In this document: piece by piece, positions 1-8,786 of the stretch
Layout of the letters: every line of letters starts with the position of its first letter
How positions within the stretch are numbered: position 1 is the first letter of the stretch
DNA from: Longimicrobiales bacterium
GTDB taxonomy: Bacteria; Gemmatimonadota; Gemmatimonadetes; Longimicrobiales; Gaopeijiaceae
Direction: 5' to 3'
Assembly (NCBI GenBank): GCA_965204735.1
Contig: OZ242008.1
Span: forward strand, 1,824,001 to 1,888,000
Length of the DNA stretch: 64,000 nt
The notes under the pieces: generated by a model
Told to the model about the DNA's origin: nothing
Databases searched by the model: none
What the model saw: the letters and a program-made list of their open reading frames with translations, nothing else
Program-made: the position numbers and the translations under genes

Positions 1-399
1 ATCTTTGCCGCGGCGGTCTCCGACTACCGCCCCGCGTCGCCGTCCGAAGAGAAGATCAAGCGCGGCATGGCGGGGCCCAAGATCGCGATCGACCTCTTGG
101 AGAACCCGGACGTCGCGGCGGAGGCGGTTCGCGTCCTCAAGCCCGGGTGCGTGTCGGTGGGCTTCGCGCTCGAGACGTCGCGCGTCGTGGAGAGAGCCCG
201 GGAGAAGATGGTCGCCAAGGGGTTCGACATGGTGGTCGCGAACCGGGCCGACGAAGACGGCGCCGGCTTCGAGTCCCTTACCAACCGGGTCGTCGTCGTG
301 AACGGCGGCGAGATCCCCGAAGAGCTGCCCCGGGACCACAAGGGCGTGGTCGCCGGTGCGATCCTGGACTTGGTTCAGGAGAAGATCGAGGGCTGTTGA
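1..399 (+). CDS. coaBC: Phosphopantothenate--cysteine ligase/decarboxylase, C-terminal part (5' truncated by window)
   Basis: Frame +1 is open from base 1: IFAAAVSDYRP...VGFALET...FDMVVAN...GFES, the CoaB-domain motifs. Confidence 0.92.
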   Translation: MFAAAVSDYRPASPSEEKIKRGMAGPKIAIDLLENPDVAAEAVRVLKPGCVSVGFALETSRVVERAREKMVAKGFDMVVANRADEDGAGFESLTNRVVVVNGGEIPEELPRDHKGVVAGAILDLVQEKIEGC

Positions 400-1220
400 G
401 CGTCGGCGCGAGCCTGCTGGCGACCTATCTGGACCAGCGTCGGCGGATGGGCGAACCGGGGCTCGTGCCGGGAGGAACCACGCCTGCCGAGCTGACGAAG
501 CTGGCCGGGGCGGCCAAGGGCTCGCCCGCGCGCGAGGTCCTGGAACCCGGGGCGGGCCGCATCTCTCCTTCGGTCTCCCGTCGTTCCCCGGCGCGTCCCC
601 GTCGCCCGGCGGCTCGGGCGTCCGCCGCCGGCCCCGCGACGGCGCCTGCCGAAGCCGCGGGCGTCGAGAACGCCGACTACGACGAGCTCCGTCGAGTCGC
701 CTTGGCGTGCACTCGGTGCGGACTCGCCGAGGGACGCAAGCAGGTCGTCTTTGCCGACGGCAACCCCGCGGGGCGGCTGATGGTGGTCGGCGAAGCCCCC
801 GGCGCCCAGGAGGACGCGACCGGGCTGCCCTTCGTGGGACAGGCCGGCAAGCTGCTCGACCTGATGCTGGCGTCGGTGGGCCTCTCGCGGCAGGACTCGG
901 TGTACATCTGCAACGTCCTCAAGTGCCGTCCCCCCGGGAACCGGAACCCGGCGCCGCCCGAGATCGAAGCCTGCACGCCCTTCCTGAAGAGGCAGATCGA
1001 GCTGGTGGCGCCCGAGGTCGTCCTGGCGACGGGCACCTTCGCGGCCAAGTGGCTCACCTCCTCCAGGGAGACCCTGGGCAAGCTCCGCGGCAAGGTTCAC
1101 AGCTGGCACGGCGTGCCCCTCGTGGTCACCTACCACCCGGCGGCGCTCTTGAGGAACCCCGGATGGAGCCGGCCCGCCTGGGACGACCTGCAGCTCCTTC
1201 GCCAGGTGATGGACGGGTGA
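396..1220 (+). CDS. udg: Uracil-DNA glycosylase, family 4 (Fe-S)
   Basis: CTRC, VGEAPG, PFVG, NVLKCRPPGNR, TYHPAALLR motifs; TTG start overlaps coaBC stop. Confidence 0.92.
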   Translation: MSVGASLLATYLDQRRRMGEPGLVPGGTTPAELTKLAGAAKGSPAREVLEPGAGRISPSVSRRSPARPRRPAARASAAGPATAPAEAAGVENADYDELRRVALACTRCGLAEGRKQVVFADGNPAGRLMVVGEAPGAQEDATGLPFVGQAGKLLDLMLASVGLSRQDSVYICNVLKCRPPGNRNPAPPEIEACTPFLKRQIELVAPEVVLATGTFAAKWLTSSRETLGKLRGKVHSWHGVPLVVTYHPAALLRNPGWSRPAWDDLQLLRQVMDG

Positions 1221-2647
1221 ACGGGGGTTCCGCAGCGCCGGCTCCCGGCGAGTTCCAGGCCCTTGGGAGCGCCGACGGCGGTGTCGCGGCCCACGACCGC
1301 CAGCCTCCGTTCTCGCCCGAGGCCGAGGCGTCGGTGCTGGGCGGCATGCTGATCGACCGCGACGCCGTGAACAAGGCCGTCGAGGTCATGGACGACTCGA
1401 TGTTCTACCGGGAGGCTCACCGGCGGCTCTTTCGGGCCATGACGCGCCTCTTCGAGCGGGACGACGTCGTGGACGTGATCACCGTGGCCGAGGAGCTGAA
1501 GAACACCCACGACCTGGAGGGGGCCGGGGGATACGAGTACCTGTCCTCGCTCCTGGACGCAGTTCCCACGGCCGCCAATCTGGAGTACCACGCCCGCATC
1601 GTCCGGGAGAAGGCGCTGCTCCGGCGCTTGGTCGAGGCGTCCCACGCGATCGTGAGGGACGTGCACGAGCCGGGCGAGCGCACCGTGGAGGAGGTCCTGG
1701 ACCAGGCCGAGCAGCGCGTCTTCCGCGTCTCCGAGTCCCGGGACAGGGAAGGCTTCGTCTGGATCAAGGAGATCCTCTACCCGGTCTTCGAGAAGATCGA
1801 GCAGCGCCACGAGTCGGGCGTGGACATACCCGGACTGCCGACGGGCTTCAGGGACTTGGACATCGTGACGACGGGGCTGCAGCCGGGCGACTTGGCGATC
1901 GTGGCGGCCCGCCCGGCGATGGGAAAGACGTCGTGGGTGCTGAACGTGGCCCAGTCGGTGGCGATCGAGCACGAGGTGCCGGTGGGGATCTTCAGCTTGG
2001 AGATGTCGAAGGAGCAGCTGATTCAGCGCTTCCTCTGCGCCGAGGGCAGGGTGGACGCCCAGCGGCTGCGCCGAGGCAAGCTGCTTCACGACGAGTACCA
2101 GCGCTTGGCGCGGGCGGCCGGGCTGCTGAACACGGCGCCGATCTGGATCGACGACTCGGCCACGGCCAACGTGCTGGAGACGAAGGCCAAGGCCCGTCGC
2201 CTTAAGACGGAGGCGGACGTGGGGCTCTTCGTGGTGGACTACATCCAGCTGATGGCGGGCTCCAAGCGGACCGACAGCCGGGTGCAGGAGGTGAGCGAGA
2301 TCTCGCGGGGCCTCAAGGCGATGGCCCGGGAGCTGGACGTGCCGGTGATCGCGCTGAGCCAGCTGAGCCGGGCGCCGGAGCAGCGTCCCGACCGCCGTCC
2401 GCAACTCTCCGACCTGCGCGAGAGCGGTTCCATCGAGCAGGACGCGGACCTGGTCATGTTCCTCTACCGCCCGGAGTACTACCACGGCGCCACCGACAAG
2501 GACGGCAACTCCATCGAGGGAAAGGCCGAGCTGATGGTGGCCAAGCAGCGCAACGGCCCCACGGGAAAGATCGATCTCTTCTTTCACAAGGCCTACACCC
2601 GGTTCGATTCGGTGGCCCGGGGTCCGGAGCCGCCCGAGGCCGCATGA
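1217..2647 (+). CDS. dnaB: Replicative DNA helicase
   Basis: PPFSPEAEASVLG N-domain, AARPAMGKT Walker A, FSLEMS, SQLSR, LRESGSIEQDAD, KQRNGPTG; no intein seen. Confidence 0.97.
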   Translation: MNGGSAAPAPGEFQALGSADGGVAAHDRQPPFSPEAEASVLGGMLIDRDAVNKAVEVMDDSMFYREAHRRLFRAMTRLFERDDVVDVITVAEELKNTHDLEGAGGYEYLSSLLDAVPTAANLEYHARIVREKALLRRLVEASHAIVRDVHEPGERTVEEVLDQAEQRVFRVSESRDREGFVWIKEILYPVFEKIEQRHESGVDIPGLPTGFRDLDIVTTGLQPGDLAIVAARPAMGKTSWVLNVAQSVAIEHEVPVGIFSLEMSKEQLIQRFLCAEGRVDAQRLRRGKLLHDEYQRLARAAGLLNTAPIWIDDSATANVLETKAKARRLKTEADVGLFVVDYIQLMAGSKRTDSRVQEVSEISRGLKAMARELDVPVIALSQLSRAPEQRPDRRPQLSDLRESGSIEQDADLVMFLYRPEYYHGATDKDGNSIEGKAELMVAKQRNGPTGKIDLFFHKAYTRFDSVARGPEPPEAA

Positions 2648-3327
2648 CCCGCCCCAGCGTGCTGCTCCTCGTTCCGGCGGCGGGGTCCGGCGAGCGGATG
2701 GGGGGTGTCCGAAAGCCCTGGATCGAGTTGGCGGGCCGGCCGCTCCTGGAGTGGGCGCTGGCGCCCTTCCTGGCCCGCGACGACGTGGTGGAAGTGGTGG
2801 TGGCGACGGCGGACGGAGCCTTGCCGGAAGGGGCGTCCGGCGGGGACCGGCGGGTGCGCGGCGTGCGCGGGGGGGCGAGCCGGTTCGAGTCGGTGGCTCG
2901 GGCCTTCGAGGCCGCGCGCCGGGAGGCGGACGTCGTGGCGGTCCACGACGGGGCCCGGCCCTTCCCGTCGTGCGGGGCGGTGGACGCGTGCATCGACGCG
3001 GCGGCGGCGGGGGCCGTGGCGGTGGCGGGGATTCCGGCAGTGGACACGATCAAGCGCACCGACGACCAGGGCCGGGTCGTGGAGACGCCTCCCCGGGAGA
3101 GGCTTTGGCACGCCCAGACGCCGCAGGTCTTCCCTCGAGAGGTCTTTGCGCACGCCTTGGCCCGGCGCCGCGCCCAGGCCGGCGCGCCCACCGACGACGC
3201 GGCGATGGTCGAAGCCCTGGGCGACGTGGAAGTGCGGATGGTGCGAGCTTCCCCCTGCAATCTGAAGGTGACGTCGCCCAACGACGTTATGGTGGCCAAT
3301 CTCTATATTGAGAAGGGGTTTGTATGA
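2644..3327 (+). CDS. ispD: 2-C-methyl-D-erythritol 4-phosphate cytidylyltransferase
   Basis: PAAGSGERMG, VHDGARP, DTIK, AQTPQVF, TDDA, NLKVT. Confidence 0.93.
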   Translation: MTRPSVLLLVPAAGSGERMGGVRKPWIELAGRPLLEWALAPFLARDDVVEVVVATADGALPEGASGGDRRVRGVRGGASRFESVARAFEAARREADVVAVHDGARPFPSCGAVDACIDAAAAGAVAVAGIPAVDTIKRTDDQGRVVETPPRERLWHAQTPQVFPREVFAHALARRRAQAGAPTDDAAMVEALGDVEVRMVRASPCNLKVTSPNDVMVANLYIEKGFV

Positions 3328-3989
3328 CTTCATCTCACGCAAAACTTGAGGACTGCTGCGAGCGACGCGCGGGCGTGGACTCCCACGCCGGGGTGGACGA
3401 GGCCGCCGACCGGCTGGAGGCGGGCGAGCTGGTGGTGCACCCCACCGAGGCGGTCTATGGAATCGGCGGGCTGCTGGAGGATCGGCCCTTGGCGGCGCTT
3501 CGTCGGATGAAGGACCGGCCGCGCGACGGCTTCGTCGTGCTCGCGCCTTCGGACGAGAGCGTGCGGGACGCCCTGACCAAGGCGGGTCGGACCCTCGCTC
3601 GGGCTTTCTGGCCGGGACCCCTCACGCTGGTGGTGGACGACCCCCAGGACCGCTTCCACCCCGCCGCGAAGGCCCCCGACGGCTCGGTGGCGCTTCGGGT
3701 GCCAGGCCACCCGGTCGCCCGGGCCCTCCTGGCCCGAGCGGGCCGCCCGGTCACTTCCACCTCGGCCAACCGACCCGGCGAGCCGCCCGCCGCCACTGCC
3801 GACGCCGCCCGGCGGGCCGCCCTGGCCATGGGCGGAGAGGCATTCGTCCTGGACGCCGGCCCCCTGCCCGGCGGCGCACCCTCCACGCTGGTGCGCTTGC
3901 CGCCCGGCGACGGCGCGCCAGTCGTCCTGCGCGAGGGTCCCGTTCGCGCCGAGGCCGTCCGCGCGGCGCTCCGAGAAGGCGCGCCATGA
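3324..3989 (+). CDS. tsaC: L-threonylcarbamoyladenylate synthase (YrdC/Sua5 family)
   Basis: PTEAVYG, FWPGPLTLV, ALRVP, STSAN, PSTLV. Confidence 0.9.
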   Translation: MTSSHAKLEDCCERRAGVDSHAGVDEAADRLEAGELVVHPTEAVYGIGGLLEDRPLAALRRMKDRPRDGFVVLAPSDESVRDALTKAGRTLARAFWPGPLTLVVDDPQDRFHPAAKAPDGSVALRVPGHPVARALLARAGRPVTSTSANRPGEPPAATADAARRAALAMGGEAFVLDAGPLPGGAPSTLVRLPPGDGAPVVLREGPVRAEAVRAALREGAP

Positions 3990-5332
3990 CGATCACCTTC
4001 GTCTGCACGGGGAACACCTGCAGATCGCCCATGGCCGAGGCCGTGGCCCGCCGGCTGGTCGAGACCCATGGCCCAGCGGGCTCCGAGAACCCGGTCGTCG
4101 TGCGCTCGGCGGGAACCGCCGCTTGGCAGGGGGCGCCGGCGAGCGAGGGGGCGCGCCGCGCTGCGGCGGCGGCGAAGCTGGACCTGGAGTCGCACCGGAG
4201 CGCTTGGCTCACTCCCGAGCTGGTGGCCGAATCGGACGTGATCGCCTGCATGGGACGGGGACACGTTGCCTGGGCCCTGGGAATGGGCGGAGGCGAGCGG
4301 GTCCGTCTCTTCCGCGACGAGAAGGGGAGCGAGGTCGAGGTCGCCGACCCCTTCGGAGGAGGCTCGGACGAGTACGTCCGCGTGCTCCGGCAGCTGGAGG
4401 CGCTGGTCGGCGGCTTGCTGGCAGGGCTCTTCACCGAAGGCTTCACCAAGCCCGGCAGGGGCGCCTCCTACGTGCTGCTGGGGGACCCGGTGGCCCACAG
4501 CCTCTCGCCCGCGATTCACAACGCCGCCTTCCGCGCCGCTGGTCGGCGGGCCGTCTACTGGGCGCGTCCCACCAGCGCCGGCGAATGCGGGGACGTTCTG
4601 CGGGCGGTCGCTCTGGCGGGAGGAGGGGGCAACGTCACCGCGCCCCTGAAGGAAGCGGCGGCGCGTTCCCTGGACGAGGCCACGGGCGCCGTGGCTGCAA
4701 CGGGCGCCTGCAACGCCTTCTGGGCCCGCGACGGCGTGGTTCACGGCGACAACACCGACGTGGAGGGGTTCGTGGGCACGTGGAAGCGGACCCTTGGGGC
4801 GGGCGGGCCGCGCACTCGCCGCGACGGCGCGTCGCAAGAGGCGCCCGAGGGGCCGGAGGTGCTGGTCCTGGGGGCCGGCGGGGCGGCTCTCGGGGTCGTG
4901 CACGCGCTGCTGGAGTTCGGGCTCGCGGGCCGGATCGACCTTTGGAACCGGACCGCTCGCCGGGCGGAGCGATTGGCCGAGCGGTTCGCCGGCGCAGGAC
5001 TCCCGGGCGACCCGTCCAACCGCTTGCGCGTCGTCGCCGCTTGGCAGGGCCGCGCGCCGGACGTGGTCGTCAACGCCACCGCCGCGGGCATGGACGGACG
5101 GAGCGCGCCGATCGACCTGCGGAAGTTGGCGGCGCTTCCCAGCTGCTTGATCGACTTGGTGTACGGGGAAGGGCTCACGCCGCTCGTCCGGCAGGCCCGC
5201 GCCATGGGGGCGGCCGCGACGGACGGACGCGACATGCTCGCCAGGCAGGCGGAGGCGTCGTACCGCCGTTGGTTCGGCGAGGACCCGCCGGCGGGCGTCA
5301 TGGCCGGCGCCGTGCGTCGGAAGAGTACGTGA
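3986..5332 (+). CDS. aroE: Fusion of low-molecular-weight protein (Arg/Tyr) phosphatase and shikimate dehydrogenase
   Basis: N-terminal FVCTGNTCRSPMAE and DPFGG; C-terminal LLGDPVAHSLSP, NVTAPLK, DNTD, LGAGGAA, DLVY; one continuous ORF. Confidence 0.88.
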   Translation: MTITFVCTGNTCRSPMAEAVARRLVETHGPAGSENPVVVRSAGTAAWQGAPASEGARRAAAAAKLDLESHRSAWLTPELVAESDVIACMGRGHVAWALGMGGGERVRLFRDEKGSEVEVADPFGGGSDEYVRVLRQLEALVGGLLAGLFTEGFTKPGRGASYVLLGDPVAHSLSPAIHNAAFRAAGRRAVYWARPTSAGECGDVLRAVALAGGGGNVTAPLKEAAARSLDEATGAVAATGACNAFWARDGVVHGDNTDVEGFVGTWKRTLGAGGPRTRRDGASQEAPEGPEVLVLGAGGAALGVVHALLEFGLAGRIDLWNRTARRAERLAERFAGAGLPGDPSNRLRVVAAWQGRAPDVVVNATAAGMDGRSAPIDLRKLAALPSCLIDLVYGEGLTPLVRQARAMGAAATDGRDMLARQAEASYRRWFGEDPPAGVMAGAVRRKST

Positions 5333-6162
5333 CGACGGGCCTAGGGGCAGGGCTGCGACCGGCCGGCCTGCGCCGGCCGGCGGCAGAGCGCTTTCGCCGA
5401 GCGCTGGCCGGCGCCATGGACTTCCTCCTTCCTCCGGCCTGCGCCGGCTGCGGGGGCGACGCGGGCGATCAAGCGGCGTCGGTGCCGGTGTGCCTGAGCT
5501 GCCGTCTGCGCCTGGCGCCGGTGCCCCTTCCGGTGTGCGCCCGGTGCGGCGCGCCGCTGGGGACGGGGCGCGCGCCTTCGTGCCTGGAGTGCGCCGAGTG
5601 GCCCGACCTCCTTGCCGGGGCGCGCTCCGCGTCCTTGCTGGAGACGCCGGCCAGGGAGCTGGTCCACGCCCTCAAGTACCAGGGCTGGCAGGGCGTCGGC
5701 CGGTTCATGGGCAAGGAGATGGCCGGACGAGCCGACCGCGCCGTCCGCGAGGCCGAGTTCGTCGTGCCGGTGCCCACCTCCGCCCGCAACCTCCGGCGTC
5801 GCGGCTACAACCAGGCGCAGGTGATCGCCGCGGCGCTCTCCGACGAGCTGAGGATTCCTCTGCTGCCGTGCCTGGAGCGGCGCCGCCAAGCCGGCACCCA
5901 GACGACCTTGAACCCGGCCCAGCGTCGCGCTAACGTCAGTGGCGCCTTCGTTCTCTCCGAGTCGTGCCGGCAGATGGTGGAGGGCCGACGCTTGGCGCTG
6001 GTCGACGACGTGCTCACCACGGGCGCGACCGTCCTGGCGGCAGTGCAGGCCCTGACGCCGGGCAACCCGGCTTCCGTGTTCGCCTACGCCTTCGCGCGAA
6101 CGGTCCCGATCTCCATGGATCGGACGCTGGACGGCGACCTCGACGACATTCCCATCCGCTGA
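5329..6162 (+). CDS. comF: ComF family protein (double zinc ribbon + PRTase); alternative ATG start at 5417
   Basis: CAGC, CLSC, CARC, CLEC; LKY; RGYNQA; LVDDVLTTGAT. Confidence 0.9.
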   Translation: MTTGLGAGLRPAGLRRPAAERFRRALAGAMDFLLPPACAGCGGDAGDQAASVPVCLSCRLRLAPVPLPVCARCGAPLGTGRAPSCLECAEWPDLLAGARSASLLETPARELVHALKYQGWQGVGRFMGKEMAGRADRAVREAEFVVPVPTSARNLRRRGYNQAQVIAAALSDELRIPLLPCLERRRQAGTQTTLNPAQRRANVSGAFVLSESCRQMVEGRRLALVDDVLTTGATVLAAVQALTPGNPASVFAYAFARTVPISMDRTLDGDLDDIPIR

Positions 6163-6177
6163 AGACGGACATCCGAA

Positions 6178-7182
6178 ATGGCCACTCGCGTAGCCGTCAA
6201 CGGCTTCGGTCGCATCGGCCGCAACGTCCTCAGGGCCGCCAAGCGCTCCGGAGCGGAGCTGACCTTCGTTGCGGTCAACGACCTGGCGGACGCGCCGACC
6301 TTGGCCCACCTCCTCAAGCACGACTCGGTGCACGGCGCCTACCCCGGTCGAGTCGAGGTGGACGAGGACGCCGTGGTGGTGGACGGCGAGCCCGTTCGCG
6401 TCTTCTCCGAGCGCGACCCGGCCCGCCTGCCCTGGGGCGAGCTGGGCGTGGACGTGGTGGTGGAGTCCACGGGCGTCTTCCGGACCCGGGAGCTCGCGTC
6501 CCGGCACCTGGAGGCGGGCGCGCGGAAGGTGGTCGTGTCGGCGCCGGCGATCGACGAGGACGCGACGATCGTAATGGGGGTCAACCACGACCGCTACGAC
6601 CCGGAGCGCCACCACTTGCTCTCCAACGCCAGCTGCACCACCAACTGCTTGGCGCCCGTGGCCAAGGTCCTCTTGGAGCGCTTCGGCTTTGCCCGAGGGC
6701 TCATGACGACGATCCACGCCTACACGGCGGGCCAGTCGGTGCTGGACGGCCCCCACAAGGACCTGCGACGGGCTCGTGCCGCGGCCATGAGCATGATTCC
6801 GACCACGACGGGTGCCGCGCGGGCGATCTCCCTTGTCCTTCCCGAGCTGGACGGGAAGCTGGACGGGATGGCGATCCGCGTGCCGACTCCCAACGTGTCG
6901 CTGGTCGACCTGGTGGCCGAGGTCGAGGAGGACGCGACCCCGGAAGAGGTGAACGACGCCTTTCGGGCCGCGGCGCAAGACGGGCTGGCGGGCATCCTGC
7001 GGGTAGAGGACGAGCCGCTGGTTTCGGTAGACTATACGGGCGAGTCCGCCAGCTCCGTGGTGGACGCGCCGAGCACGTCGGTCATGGGCGGGCGCCTGGT
7101 GAAGGTGCTCGCTTGGTACGACAACGAGTGGGGATACGCCAGCCGGGTCGTGGACCTGGTCGGGCACGTAGGCGCGGCGTAG
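6178..7182 (+). CDS. gap: Type I glyceraldehyde-3-phosphate dehydrogenase
   Basis: NGFGRIGR, SNASCTTNCLAP, WYDNEWGY. Confidence 0.98.
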   Translation: MATRVAVNGFGRIGRNVLRAAKRSGAELTFVAVNDLADAPTLAHLLKHDSVHGAYPGRVEVDEDAVVVDGEPVRVFSERDPARLPWGELGVDVVVESTGVFRTRELASRHLEAGARKVVVSAPAIDEDATIVMGVNHDRYDPERHHLLSNASCTTNCLAPVAKVLLERFGFARGLMTTIHAYTAGQSVLDGPHKDLRRARAAAMSMIPTTTGAARAISLVLPELDGKLDGMAIRVPTPNVSLVDLVAEVEEDATPEEVNDAFRAAAQDGLAGILRVEDEPLVSVDYTGESASSVVDAPSTSVMGGRLVKVLAWYDNEWGYASRVVDLVGHVGAA

Positions 7183-7205
7183 GCCGCACGCGAAGGAAAC
7201 GAAGG

Positions 7206-7946
7206 ATGGGCAAGACGACTGTCGCCACGCCGGAAGCCGCCGCCACGCCGGAGACTGCTGCCACGCCCGACGACGCCGTCGCGCTGGAAGCTGCCGTCGC
7301 GCTGGAAGCTGCCGCCACGCTGGAAGCCGCCGCCGCGCCGGAAGCCGAAGCGCGCTCGCTGGAGAGCATGGCCGCTGCCGCGCCGGAGGAATGCGCGACG
7401 GCGCAGCCGGTCGAGAGCGACGCGGACGAGGGCCTGCCGGCCGACTTCGACGACTGGTTCCGCAAGCACAGGGAGCCCGTCTACCGCTACGTGCGCTTCC
7501 GGGTCGCCACCCGGGAAGTGGCGGAGGACTTGACGTCGGAAGTCTTCGTGAAGGCGCTCCGCGCCCTGGATCGCTACGATCCGAAGCGCTCCTCGCCCCG
7601 CACATGGCTCCTGCGCATCGCCCGCAACTCGGTCACGGACCACCTCCGCGTCCTCCAGCGACAGGGGTCCCTCCACGTGTCCCTGGACCGGGCGCCCGAC
7701 TTGGCTTCCCACTGCCCGTCCCAGGAGGAGCGCATCATCCACGAGGAGCAGGTCCAGGGCCTCCTCAACGCCGTGGCGACCTTGCGCAAGAAGGACCGGG
7801 AGATCATATCCCTCCGCTACGGATCGGGCCTGGGCAACCGGGAGATCGCCGAGTCCCTGAAGATCAGCCCCAACGCGGTGGCGGTGCGCGTCCACCGGGC
7901 GCTGGGCCGGCTCAAGGAAGCCATGGCAAAGCCGGAAGACGAGTAG
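7206..7946 (+). CDS. ECF-type sigma-70 factor; alternative start at 7368
   Basis: Region 2 AEDLTSEVFVKA...WLLRIARN..DHLR; region 4 REIISLRY..EIAESL..AVAVRVHRA. Confidence 0.9.
   Translation: MGKTTVATPEAAATPETAATPDDAVALEAAVALEAAATLEAAAAPEAEARSLESMAAAAPEECATAQPVESDADEGLPADFDDWFRKHREPVYRYVRFRVATREVAEDLTSEVFVKALRALDRYDPKRSSPRTWLLRIARNSVTDHLRVLQRQGSLHVSLDRAPDLASHCPSQEERIIHEEQVQGLLNAVATLRKKDREIISLRYGSGLGNREIAESLKISPNAVAVRVHRALGRLKEAMAKPEDE
7224..7349 (+). repeat. 7 x 18-nt in-frame tandem repeat (ATPEAA/VALEAA-like) upstream of the sigma core
   Basis: Units gccacgccggaagccgcc, gccacgccggagactgct, gccacgcccgacgacgcc, gtcgcgctggaagctgcc x2, gccacgctggaagccgcc, gccgcgccggaagccgaa. Confidence 0.88.
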
Positions 7947-8750
7947 ATGCTCCTCGACCGCGGCGGAAGGAAGACCTCCGAGCTGCCCCCGGAGCTGGCT
8001 CGCCTGGACGGGGAGCTTCGGGGCATCGCCATAGAGGAGCGGTCTTCCTTCGCCGCGGAGCTGAGGGCGACGCTTGAAGAGGAACATCGTCGGGCGGCGT
8101 GTCGAATGGGACCGAGCGCAACTCGACTTCGCTGGTCGGGCCCCCGCTTGACGGTCGCCGCCGTCGCGGGGGTCCTTTTCTTGATCGCTGCTTCCGTGGC
8201 CGCGCCGTCGGCCCGCGCTTCCCTGGCAGAGCTGCTGGGACGTCCCCGGACTTCCGACTCGGGCGCCGGTCGGGTCGAGTCCCAGCTCCGGCCGCCCGCT
8301 GCGCCGACCGAGCCGGGCGAGGCGGAGGGGGGCGGGGAAGCGCCGGAGTTCCCGCCCAGACCTGTCCACGCCGACCCCCCGGACGTCCCGGTCCGCCCGC
8401 CCGCGACCCTCCCCGGGCTCCTGGACCCCAACAGCGCCCGCAGGGCCGTGGCGGCCCGGTACCCCGACTTCCTGCAGGAGGCCGGCATCGGCGGGACGGT
8501 GCGCGTGCTGGCGTGGGTCGACGCCGACGGCACGGCGGAGCACCTCCAGGTCGGCGAGTCCTCGGGCGTCGCGGCCCTGGACAGGGCGGCCCTCGACGCC
8601 GCGGGCACTTTCCGCTTCCGTCCGGCAATGCGCGGCCCCCGGGCCGTGGGCACCTGGATGGAGTTCTCGATCCGATTCCGTCCCTCCGCCCATGCGGAGG
8701 ACCAGCCGGACCCCGAGTACCAAGCGCCGCGAATTCCCCTCGGCTACTGA
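7947..8750 (+). CDS. Membrane protein with TonB C-terminal domain, possible anti-sigma factor
   Basis: One hydrophobic segment, Pro-rich linker, YP..LQEAGIGGTVRV..VDADG..ESSG..LDRAAL...FRPA TonB_C pattern; starts directly after sigma stop (TAGATG). Confidence 0.8.
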   Translation: MLLDRGGRKTSELPPELARLDGELRGIAIEERSSFAAELRATLEEEHRRAACRMGPSATRLRWSGPRLTVAAVAGVLFLIAASVAAPSARASLAELLGRPRTSDSGAGRVESQLRPPAAPTEPGEAEGGGEAPEFPPRPVHADPPDVPVRPPATLPGLLDPNSARRAVAARYPDFLQEAGIGGTVRVLAWVDADGTAEHLQVGESSGVAALDRAALDAAGTFRFRPAMRGPRAVGTWMEFSIRFRPSAHAEDQPDPEYQAPRIPLGY

Positions 8751-8786
8751 CTCCCGGCTCCCTGGCCGGCGCTTCTCCATCGACCC

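Noticed and set aside
1217..2647. Intein in DnaB
   Set aside because: The length (476 aa) and continuous motifs leave no room for one.
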